Assembly: GCA_035307265.1 (NCBI GenBank)
Contig: DATGMT010000081.1
Span: forward strand, 1 to 52,370
DNA from: Aequorivita sp.
GTDB lineage: Bacteria > Bacteroidota > Bacteroidia > Flavobacteriales > Flavobacteriaceae
DNA length: 52,370 nucleotides
Direction: 5' to 3'
The notes beneath the pieces are model-generated. The model was not told where the DNA came from. It saw nothing but the letters and a program-made list of their open reading frames with translations, and made no database searches. The translations under genes and the position numbers were made by a program. Shown here one piece after another: positions 1 to 7,674 of the stretch. How positions within the stretch are numbered: the first letter of the stretch is position 1; each line of letters opens with the position of its first letter.

Positions 1-2
1 TT

Positions 3-68
3 TATATCAGAAACCTTAATAAGTATCCTGAAATAGTTGAAAGACTATTGAAGAAGTATAATCAATGA
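3..68 (+). CDS. C-terminal end of a probable small GIY-YIG nuclease family protein (5'-truncated by window edge)
   Basis: Frame 3 reads YIRNLNKYPEIVERLLKKYNQ* (TGA 66-68). This resembles the 'YI.NL.KYPE...KL..KY' tail I recall for stand-alone Bacteroidota GIY-YIG proteins. The catalytic N-terminus lies outside the window. Confidence 0.55.
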   Translation, partial: YIRNLNKYPEIVERLLKKYNQ

Positions 69-72
69 TTAA

Positions 73-126
73 GTTAATCAGAGCCCCGATAGCTATCGGG
101 GTTGGTTCGAGCCCAAGAAGAGGAGC
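73..126 (+). pseudogene. 3' half of tRNA-Asn(GTT) interrupted by a palindrome (pseudo-tRNA / att-like remnant)
   Basis: GTTAATCAGAG (anticodon GTT plus 3' anticodon stem, 73-83), then TTGG-TTCGAGC-CCAA (T-arm) and GAAGAGGAGC (acceptor 3' strand) at 102-126. No D-arm or 5' acceptor strand upstream, because the CDS stop is at 68. Confidence 0.75.
84..101. repeat. Perfect 18-bp palindrome CCCCGATAGCTATCGGGG (REP-like)
   Basis: The sequence is its own reverse complement and is GC-rich in an AT-rich background. Confidence 0.9.
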
Positions 127-137
127 TTAGTCACAAC

Positions 138-173
138 AAGCCTTCACAGAAATGTGGAGGTTTTTTTGTTTTT
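138..173 (+). terminator. Intrinsic terminator after tRNA fragment
   Basis: AAGCCTTCACA-GAAA-TGTGGAGGTTT stem-loop (two G-U pairs) followed by a T-run. Confidence 0.75.
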
Positions 174-307
174 ATAAAGGTTTATGATGAATTATGAGGT
201 GATTATAGTTTAATATTCTAGAACATCTTAACTATAAATACTTTTCTTCATAAGTTGAAGATGGATAAGTTTGAAGTATTGAAAAAAGATGTTTTAGTGT
301 AAAATAC

Positions 308-352
308 ATATGGGAAGACTTATTTCAGAATTACAAATAAGCCTTCCCATAT
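308..352 (-). terminator. Long inverted repeat downstream of rseP
   Basis: ATATGGGAAGACTTATTT (308-325) / AAATAAGCCTTCCCATAT (335-352), 14 nt past the rseP stop. Confidence 0.6.
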
Positions 353-366
353 TTATTAAATGCAGT

Positions 367-1692
367 CTATTCAAACAGCCAGCGATAAATATCGTTACCG
401 TTGGCAAATAGGACAAGGGCAATTAGAATAAAGAATCCGATCATTTGAGCGTATTCCATAAATTTATCGCCTGGTTTTCTACCGGTTATCATTTCGTATA
501 ATAGAAACGCCACATGGCCTCCATCCAATGCCGGAATAGGTAGGATATTCATAAAAGCCAGGATAATGGATATAAAAGCTGTAGTTGACCAGAAGTTTTG
601 CCAGTTCCAAGTTTCAGGGAAAAGATTTCCAATTGCACCAAAACCACCAACTTGGGTAGCTCCTTTTTTGGTGAATACATACTTGAATTGTGCTACATAA
701 TCTTTTAAAGTGTTGTATCCGAAACCTACACCACCAACAATGCTTTCACCAAGGGTATAGGTTATTTTAGTTCTCCCTAATTGATTTCGTAATGTTTCTG
801 TAGAGAAATATACTCCAATTAAACCTTTATCATTAGGTATAAGACTCAATGTTTCACGTTGGTTTCCGCGTTCAACAACTATAATGTTTTCACCTTCCTT
901 GTTGATGTGTTTGTCAATTTCATCTCTAAATCGAACTTCGGCGCCGTTTATAGACACAATCCTGTCTGATTTTAACATCCCTGCTTTTTCAGCTGGATAT
1001 CCACTTTGCACAGAATCGACAAGGGTTTCTATTCTTGGATCGAAAGCTGTCATTAATCCTTTCTCAAACATCTTCGGACCAGCATCTTCAGGAACGTTAA
1101 GCGTTTCGATAGTTCCATCACTGTGTTTAACTTCGATAGTAGAAGCGCTTCTTAGAAAAACACGACCGTTTACTTCCATCACGTTTTCCAAGGGTTTGCC
1201 ATCCACTTTTAAAACTTGATCACCATCTCTAAATCCGTATCCTTTGAACTGTTCAGCTACTGCAAATCCTTGTGGAAGATCGTTTACTGTGGTAATATTC
1301 TTTCCGTAGAAATACAAGATTCCCATATAAATAACAAATCCCACGATGATATTTACCGTAACTCCACCGAGCATAATAATGAGTCGTTGCCAGGTTGGTT
1401 TACTTCTAAATTCCCATGGTTGAGGTGGTTGTGCCATCTGCTCTTTGTCCATGCTTTCATCGATCATTCCGGAGATTTTCACATAGCCCCCTAGTGGGAG
1501 CCACCCAATTCCGTAAACAGTTTCACCAATTTTCTTTTTGAAAAGTGAAAACTTCACATCAAAGAAAAGGTAGAACTTCTCAACTCTTGTTTTAAATATT
1601 TTGGCCGGTATAAAATGCCCGAGCTCGTGTAAAACAATTAATAATGATAAACTTAATAGTAGTTGTATAGCTTTAACAGCAAATGGACTCAT
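367..1692 (-). CDS. rseP: RIP metalloprotease RseP (M50, PDZ domains)
   Basis: HELGH zinc motif, GWLPLGGYVKI, PDZ-like middle region, NILPIPALDGGH motif. Confidence 0.96.
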   Translation of the reverse strand: MSPFAVKAIQLLLSLSLLIVLHELGHFIPAKIFKTRVEKFYLFFDVKFSLFKKKIGETVYGIGWLPLGGYVKISGMIDESMDKEQMAQPPQPWEFRSKPTWQRLIIMLGGVTVNIIVGFVIYMGILYFYGKNITTVNDLPQGFAVAEQFKGYGFRDGDQVLKVDGKPLENVMEVNGRVFLRSASTIEVKHSDGTIETLNVPEDAGPKMFEKGLMTAFDPRIETLVDSVQSGYPAEKAGMLKSDRIVSINGAEVRFRDEIDKHINKEGENIIVVERGNQRETLSLIPNDKGLIGVYFSTETLRNQLGRTKITYTLGESIVGGVGFGYNTLKDYVAQFKYVFTKKGATQVGGFGAIGNLFPETWNWQNFWSTTAFISIILAFMNILPIPALDGGHVAFLLYEMITGRKPGDKFMEYAQMIGFFILIALVLFANGNDIYRWLFE

Positions 1693-1717
1693 GAATATTT
1701 TCTAAAAAATTAGCGCA

Positions 1718-1725
1718 CAAAAGTA
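1718..1725 (-). promoter_or_regulatory. Bacteroidota -7 promoter element for rseP
   Basis: Reverse complement is TACTTTTG, matching TAnnTTTG, 25 nt upstream of the ATG. Confidence 0.65.
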
Positions 1726-1832
1726 ATCTTTTACAACGTGCAAAAAAAATTAGTACTCGGCAGTTTTAGGTTTTGAAGTTTGTATACAAGGTGTTCTTTG
1801 TTAATCTCTTGCAGTAGGCTACTTATGTTCTT

Positions 1833-3764
1833 TTATTCTTTAAGAAAAGTTTTAGTGATTTTTCCTTGAGAGGTTACTAGTTCAATTAATAAAACTCCCG
1901 ATGGAAGATTAGATACGTCTATACTTTTGGTGTATTCAAGTTCTGAAACTTTTTGCCCTAAAGTGTTATAAATGTTTATTTCGATAATCTCCACTGCTTC
2001 AGGTTTTTGAATGTGAATTATTTCGGAAGTGGGATTTGGGAACAAAATGAATTGAGTTTCTATAGGAAGTTCATTTGTACTTAAAACTACTTGATTATTT
2101 TTAGAAATAACATCGAAATTGGGGTCGAAACGTACACTTTGAACGTCAAAATCAACAGCTCTTTCAAAACCTTGGTTGTTATGGGTGTTGTTTAAAAAAA
2201 CGTCTAAAGTTTCACCTTGAGTGCCTATTAATCGGACTGGGACTACAGCAGGGAAAAATGAAACCGAGTTATGACTTTGAGTTTGTGAAATATTGATATT
2301 TATACCCCCATCATTAACTTGATTCCAACGTATAGAATAGCTTGGGTATCCCTTACCATAAATCCAAGCATTAAAAAATTCAGTTAAATCTTGATTGCTG
2401 GTTTCTTCTAAATTTCTAATTAAATCTGGAGTTTTTGCGTATCCAAATGTGAGTTCAGGATCGTTCAGGTAGTTTCTTAGTCCGTTGAAAAAGTCGGATT
2501 CTCCTAGCTTTTTACGAAGCATGTGTACTACCATAGAGGCTTTGTTATAACTTAGGTGACTGCTGAATATTCTACTGACAGAAGTTGTGTCGGAAGCTGG
2601 AATATATACCGACTCGTCAGGATATGCAGTTGCAGATTGAACCTGATTTTCTTTCCAATTTCTAAAGTTTGACTCTCCATCGAGTGCTTCGTATACCATT
2701 CCAGTCATGTAGGTTGCAAAACCTTCGTTGAGCCATATATCTTGCCAACTTCCACATGTCACTTTGTTTCCAAACCATTGATGTCCGAGCTCATGGGCAA
2801 TTAGACTACGGTTAAAACTTCCCATAAACGACATTGTGGTATGCTCCATTCCGCCTCCCCATCCAAATTGGGCATGACCATACTTTTCATCAGCATAAGG
2901 ATAGGGCTCAAATTTATTGATGAATAAGTTCATAATATCTACGGTAACTGGGGTTTGGGACTGTGCAGATGATAGGCTTTCAGGATACACATAGTTTATG
3001 ATAGGAAATGGGTTTCCATCATTTTCTACAGTGTGGGAGTAGGTTGTATAGTTCGTTACTGCAATCCCAATTAAATATGCCGGAATTGGATAATTATGAC
3101 GGAAATGTGTTGTTTTTAAATTCCCATTAATAGTTTGCGACATTTCCACTCCGTTTGCGGCTGCAACGTATTCATCATTTAGAGGATCAAATTGTGGCGT
3201 GGTGATATGAATGTCTACCATATCTATTTTATCTATAAGATCTTGCTTGCACGGCCACCAAGCTTTTGCTCCATAAGGTTCTGAAAGTGTCCATAAAATA
3301 GGATGTCCGTTGTGCGTACTTATAGCAAAGGAGTCGAAGTCATAGTGTACTGGATTTCCTGAATAACTAACGCTCAAGGAGTCTAATACACCTGTGTTTT
3401 GAATTTGAGGTAAAGTTATAACCACTTCATCATCTGCGTTTTGTGTAAAAGAAAGTGGCGTTCCGCGTTGTGTTACTTCTGAAACAGTCATGTTGTTAAC
3501 CAATTCGAAGGTGATGGTGTTCATATCTTCCTTTGCTTCAAAATGAGAAGTGATAGTTCCAGAAATAAAGGCTTGCGATGGATCTACGTTTAGTTCAAGA
3601 CGTTGATATTTTAGGTCGTAATTGTTTGTGTTTAAATTGCGATTACCTGTTATATGAGCATTTACAGATTTAGCTTCTGCTTCAGCTATTGATGATACGT
3701 CAAAATTTTGGGCAAAAAGAAGGGCGTTTGAAAATATTAGGAAGAGAATCGGGAGTATTTTCAT
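1833..3764 (-). CDS. M1 family aminopeptidase with T9SS type A sorting domain
   Basis: Signal peptide, GGMEH exopeptidase motif, HELGHQW...NEGFA zinc motif, C-terminal LFPNPT...YNTLGQ...TFLKE. Confidence 0.92.
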   Translation of the reverse strand: MKILPILFLIFSNALLFAQNFDVSSIAEAEAKSVNAHITGNRNLNTNNYDLKYQRLELNVDPSQAFISGTITSHFEAKEDMNTITFELVNNMTVSEVTQRGTPLSFTQNADDEVVITLPQIQNTGVLDSLSVSYSGNPVHYDFDSFAISTHNGHPILWTLSEPYGAKAWWPCKQDLIDKIDMVDIHITTPQFDPLNDEYVAAANGVEMSQTINGNLKTTHFRHNYPIPAYLIGIAVTNYTTYSHTVENDGNPFPIINYVYPESLSSAQSQTPVTVDIMNLFINKFEPYPYADEKYGHAQFGWGGGMEHTTMSFMGSFNRSLIAHELGHQWFGNKVTCGSWQDIWLNEGFATYMTGMVYEALDGESNFRNWKENQVQSATAYPDESVYIPASDTTSVSRIFSSHLSYNKASMVVHMLRKKLGESDFFNGLRNYLNDPELTFGYAKTPDLIRNLEETSNQDLTEFFNAWIYGKGYPSYSIRWNQVNDGGININISQTQSHNSVSFFPAVVPVRLIGTQGETLDVFLNNTHNNQGFERAVDFDVQSVRFDPNFDVISKNNQVVLSTNELPIETQFILFPNPTSEIIHIQKPEAVEIIEINIYNTLGQKVSELEYTKSIDVSNLPSGVLLIELVTSQGKITKTFLKE

Positions 3765-3859
3765 TTTTAAATATTTTGATTGTTAAAAGTATTTATTTTG
3801 AAAGGATTAGGGGGTATTTTTGTAGCCGAATATTTGAGCTCAGCTAAAAACACAATAAC

Positions 3860-4534
3860 ATGCTTTCGTTCTTTAAAAAATACAAGTTTTTTGCAATTGT
3901 AATGTTGGTGCTTTCAGCAATCATAATGACGACAATTGCACAAATAACTACTCCTAAAAAGTCACTTCGAATTTATCAACCCGCCCAAGTTGAAACCCAA
4001 CTAGTTGATACTACTTTACATTACGTGAAAAAATATCACACCATTGCAGATTTTTCATTGATAAATCAAAACGGAAAAAATGTAACTCAAGCAGATTATG
4101 ACGACAAGATTTATATTGCAGATTTCTTCTTTACTACTTGCCAAACAATTTGCCCGATAATGACCGACCATATGGTCAAAATTCAAGAGGCGCTTCAAAA
4201 GGATCAGCAAGTGCTTTTACTTTCACATACAGTTACTCCAGAAATTGACAGTGTAGCTCAGTTGAAAAAATATGCTATTGAAAAAGGGGTGAATGATGAT
4301 AAATGGAACTTAGTGACAGGCGATAGAAAGCAAATTTATGATTTAGCACGAAAATCTTACTTGGTTGCGAAAGACAACCCTTATGAAGAGTTTGATTTAA
4401 TTCATACCGAGAATTTTGTTCTGGTCGATACCAAAAAACGTATCCGCGGATTTTATGATGGAACAGACTCCGAAGCAATCGATCAGTTACTTGAAGATAT
4501 TGAGATTTTAAAAGAAGAAACTAACAGCAAGTAG
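3860..4534 (+). CDS. SCO family copper-binding/thioredoxin-fold protein
   Basis: FFFTTCQTICP (CxxxC) plus conserved His (IHTENFVLVD), N-terminal membrane anchor. TATTTTTG -7 element at 3815-3822. Confidence 0.93.
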   Translation: MLSFFKKYKFFAIVMLVLSAIIMTTIAQITTPKKSLRIYQPAQVETQLVDTTLHYVKKYHTIADFSLINQNGKNVTQADYDDKIYIADFFFTTCQTICPIMTDHMVKIQEALQKDQQVLLLSHTVTPEIDSVAQLKKYAIEKGVNDDKWNLVTGDRKQIYDLARKSYLVAKDNPYEEFDLIHTENFVLVDTKKRIRGFYDGTDSEAIDQLLEDIEILKEETNSK

Positions 4535-4582
4535 ATTTTTTATTTTTTTAATTGATTTCCAATAATAAACTTTAATTGTTTT

Positions 4583-4637
4583 TTTGGACTCGCATTTTTC
4601 ATTTAGTTTTGCCTTGTTTTAAATCAATCTAAATAAG
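4583..4637 (+). promoter_or_regulatory. feoAB promoter (TTTG...TAGTTTTG) with adjacent imperfect palindromic operator (putative iron box)
   Basis: TTTG 4583-4586, TAGTTTTG 4604-4611, dyad CTTGTTTTAAATCAATCTAAATAAG 4613-4637. Confidence 0.6.
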
Positions 4638-4642
4638 AATCA

Positions 4643-4867
4643 ATGGCGACAATAGCTTCTTTAAAGATAGGTCAAAGAGGTGTTATAAAAGAATTTCTCA
4701 TTGATTTGGTGCCATTAAAACTTATGGAAATGGGCTGTCTTCCTGGTAATGAGGTAGAGTTAATTCAAATTGCACCATTTAAAGATCCTTTATATATCGT
4801 AATCAACGATACACATCTATCCATTCGTTTAGAGACTGCCGAACAGATTGAAATCGATATAATCTAA
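4643..4867 (+). CDS. feoA: Ferrous iron transport protein A
   Basis: 74 aa, KLMEMGCLPG...APFKDP SH3-like FeoA signature, directly upstream of feoB. Confidence 0.93.
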   Translation: MATIASLKIGQRGVIKEFLIDLVPLKLMEMGCLPGNEVELIQIAPFKDPLYIVINDTHLSIRLETAEQIEIDII

Positions 4868-4868
4868 T

Positions 4869-6968
4869 ATGGCTAAACACATAAACGTAGCCCTTATAGG
4901 AAATCCAAATACTGGTAAAACTTCAGTGTTTAACAGATTGACAGGCCTTAATCAAAAGGTGGGGAATTATCCTGGTATTACTGTTGAAAAAAAACAAGGC
5001 GTAAGCAAATTTGGTCGAGCAGTTACAGCTCATATTTTAGATCTTCCAGGCACTTATAGCCTCAACGCCTCTTCTATAGATGAGAATGTAGTTATAGAAC
5101 TACTGCTAAATAAAAACGATAAAGATTTCCCCGATGTGGCTGTTGTTGTAGCCGATGTCGAAAATTTAAAACGAAACCTACTGCTTTTTACCCAAATAAA
5201 AGACTTAGGGATTCCTACTATTTTGGCCATCAATATGGCTGATATTATGAAGCGAAAAGCTATTTCTATAGATATTCCACTTTTAGAAAAGAAGCTAAAT
5301 ACCAAAATTGCTTTAATAAGCTCAAGAAAAAATATTGGTTTTGACTACTTGAAGGAGCTTATAGAAAACTATAACCAACTACCCACCAAGCCTTGTTTGA
5401 ATGCTTCTAGAATATCGCCAGAGTACTTCGATCGTCTTAGTAAGGCATTCCCTAATCAAGACTTATATAAACTGTGGCTGGTTATTACTCATGATGTAAA
5501 TTTTGGTAAATTAGACCGAAATGATTTCCATGGAGTAGCTAGTTTTCAGACAGAATCTCCAGATACTATAAAACGTCTTCAACACAAAGAGACCATCGCT
5601 CGATATCAATTTATAAACGAAACCCTCAAGCAGACTCTTTTTGTTGACACTGCCAACGCAAAAGATCTCCGTAGCCGTTTAGACAGAATTTTGACGCATA
5701 AGGTTTGGGGTTATGTTATTTTCTTCGGGATTCTGCTTTTAATATTTCAAGCAATTTTTGATTGGAGCGCTTATCCAATGGATTTTATTGATCGTTCTTT
5801 TGCTGTATTTAGTGAATGGACAAAAACAAATCTTCCGCCTGGTGAATTTACAAACTTGATATCGGAAGGGATTATACCAGGCATTGGAGGAATTGTTATT
5901 TTCATTCCACAAATCGCTTTCCTATTTCTTTTTATTTCCATATTAGAAGAAAGTGGCTATATGAGTCGTGTTGTCTTTTTAATGGATAAATTAATGCGCA
6001 AATTTGGTTTAAGTGGTAAGAGTGTAGTGCCTCTAGTTGCTGGAACTGCTTGTGCTATTCCTGCTATTATGGCCACTCGAAATATAGAAAACTGGAAAGA
6101 GCGTTTAATTACTATTCTTGTAACGCCTTTTACAACTTGTTCTGCACGACTGCCCGTCTATTTGATTATAATTTCACTCGTAATACCAGATACTAGAGTG
6201 TTAGGCATATTTAGCTTACAAGGAATTACATTGATGATTATGTATGTTTTAGGATTTGGAGCAGCTATCTTCTCTGCATGGATTCTAGACAAAATTCTGA
6301 AAATCGAGACTAAAAGTTTCTTTGTAATAGAAATGCCTAATTACAAACTTCCACTTTTGAAGAATGTTTTGTTAACAATGGTTGAAAAAACAAAGGCTTT
6401 TGTGATTGGTGCAGGGAAAATAATATTAGCTATCTCTATTATTCTTTGGGTGTTGGCCTCTTATGGTCCGGGCGACTTCAATAATGCTGAAGAGATAGTA
6501 AAAAATGAATACGCTTCACAAAACTTATCCGATGAGGAAATTTCAAGCCATATAGAGTCTTTTAAACTAGAACACTCCTACATAGGAAAGATTGGCCATG
6601 CTATTGAGCCAGTGGTCCAACCTTTGGGTTACGATTGGAAAATTGGAATAGCACTAGTTACTTCTTTTGCCGCAAGGGAAGTTTTTGTGGGAACTCTTGC
6701 AACCATCTATAGTGTAGGGAGTGATGATGAGCAAACGATTAAAAATAGAATGGCGGGAGAAATCAACCCTGTATTGGGAGGTCCTTTATTTAATTTTGCA
6801 AGTGGAATATCATTGCTGTTGTTCTATGCCTTTGCTATGCAATGTATGAGTACGCTTGCCATTGTGAAAAGAGAAACTAATTCGTGGAAATGGCCTATGT
6901 GGCAGCTGATAATAATGACGATAATCGCATACATTTTATCATTAACCGCATTTCAAATACTAAAGTAG
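4869..6968 (+). CDS. feoB: Ferrous iron transport protein B
   Basis: GNPNTGKT, NYPGITVE, DLPGTYSL, NMAD GTPase motifs; membrane domain with EESGYMSR and CSARLPVY. Confidence 0.97.
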   Translation: MAKHINVALIGNPNTGKTSVFNRLTGLNQKVGNYPGITVEKKQGVSKFGRAVTAHILDLPGTYSLNASSIDENVVIELLLNKNDKDFPDVAVVVADVENLKRNLLLFTQIKDLGIPTILAINMADIMKRKAISIDIPLLEKKLNTKIALISSRKNIGFDYLKELIENYNQLPTKPCLNASRISPEYFDRLSKAFPNQDLYKLWLVITHDVNFGKLDRNDFHGVASFQTESPDTIKRLQHKETIARYQFINETLKQTLFVDTANAKDLRSRLDRILTHKVWGYVIFFGILLLIFQAIFDWSAYPMDFIDRSFAVFSEWTKTNLPPGEFTNLISEGIIPGIGGIVIFIPQIAFLFLFISILEESGYMSRVVFLMDKLMRKFGLSGKSVVPLVAGTACAIPAIMATRNIENWKERLITILVTPFTTCSARLPVYLIIISLVIPDTRVLGIFSLQGITLMIMYVLGFGAAIFSAWILDKILKIETKSFFVIEMPNYKLPLLKNVLLTMVEKTKAFVIGAGKIILAISIILWVLASYGPGDFNNAEEIVKNEYASQNLSDEEISSHIESFKLEHSYIGKIGHAIEPVVQPLGYDWKIGIALVTSFAAREVFVGTLATIYSVGSDDEQTIKNRMAGEINPVLGGPLFNFASGISLLLFYAFAMQCMSTLAIVKRETNSWKWPMWQLIIMTIIAYILSLTAFQILK

Positions 6969-6997
6969 AATTGTAAGTTTTTCACTAACTTTATGCT

Positions 6998-7144
6998 ATG
7001 CAAACAATACTTGTTATAATAACCTTTACGATTGCAGTAGTCTACCTACTCAGGAAGTTTGTATGGAACCCAATTTTTGAAACACGAAAAATGGGCAGCA
7101 AAAAAAGAGGGCAATCCGATTGCGGCGGATGCAGTTGTCATTAA
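6998..7144 (+). CDS. FeoB-associated Cys-rich small membrane protein (48 aa, not in ORF track)
   Basis: ATG 6998 to TAA 7144: MQTILVIITFTIAVVYLLRKFVWNPIFETRKMGSKKRGQSDCGGCSCH. One TM helix, basic linker, CxxCxCH tail, 29 nt after feoB. Confidence 0.85.
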   Translation: MQTILVIITFTIAVVYLLRKFVWNPIFETRKMGSKKRGQSDCGGCSCH

Positions 7145-7149
7145 GCCAT

Positions 7150-7560
7150 TTAGTAGCTTTCTTTACTAACTAATAACACATAATTTACATCTTCTGAAAT
7201 CACAGAATCTGGATAGGGATTGAGTGTAATTCCTTTTAGAGAAAATTCCTTTGAGTTAAATAGTGTAGTATTAGGTGTTTCTCTAGATTTTACTTCTCCA
7301 AAAATGAGAATTTTCTCCTCGGTTTTTCCGTTTGAAGTGACTTCTGCTTTAACAATAGCTCGTCCTGCCCAAATGCATGAAACATCTTTTGGACATCTCG
7401 AATCTTCAACTACTTCTAAAAATTTAACCGAAACTCCATTGGCTTCAAGAGTTTTACCTAAAGGGACTTTAATTCCAATTTTTGGAACTTCTATTGAGCT
7501 AGATTGTCCAATGGCATAGGTTGAAAATAGAATAAGGGTTGCAAGAAGTAGGTTTTTCAT
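7150..7560 (-). CDS. Conserved hypothetical secreted protein (DSRCP-x3-SCIWAG motif)
   Basis: Signal peptide and paired-Cys motif EDSRCPKDVSCIWAG. Confidence 0.75.
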   Translation of the reverse strand: MKNLLLATLILFSTYAIGQSSSIEVPKIGIKVPLGKTLEANGVSVKFLEVVEDSRCPKDVSCIWAGRAIVKAEVTSNGKTEEKILIFGEVKSRETPNTTLFNSKEFSLKGITLNPYPDSVISEDVNYVLLVSKESY

Positions 7561-7674
7561 TATTTAAATTTTTAAAAATTTAAAGATACATTAAAATGAA
7601 ATATTGACAATTTATAGATGAGAGAATGGGTTGGTTACAATTGAAACATTTTCTACACTTTGAGTCTTTCATTT

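Noticed and set aside
73-126. Functional tRNA-Asn gene
   Set aside because: The 5' acceptor strand, D-arm and 5' anticodon stem are missing and the variable region is replaced by a palindrome, so it is treated as a fragment.
184-213. Mini-ORF MMNYEVIIV after the terminator as the start of another nuclease copy
   Set aside because: Only 9 codons and no recognisable GIY motif.
884-1494. Plus-strand ORFs 884-1219 and 1216-1494
   Set aside because: Antisense shadows of rseP with no motifs.
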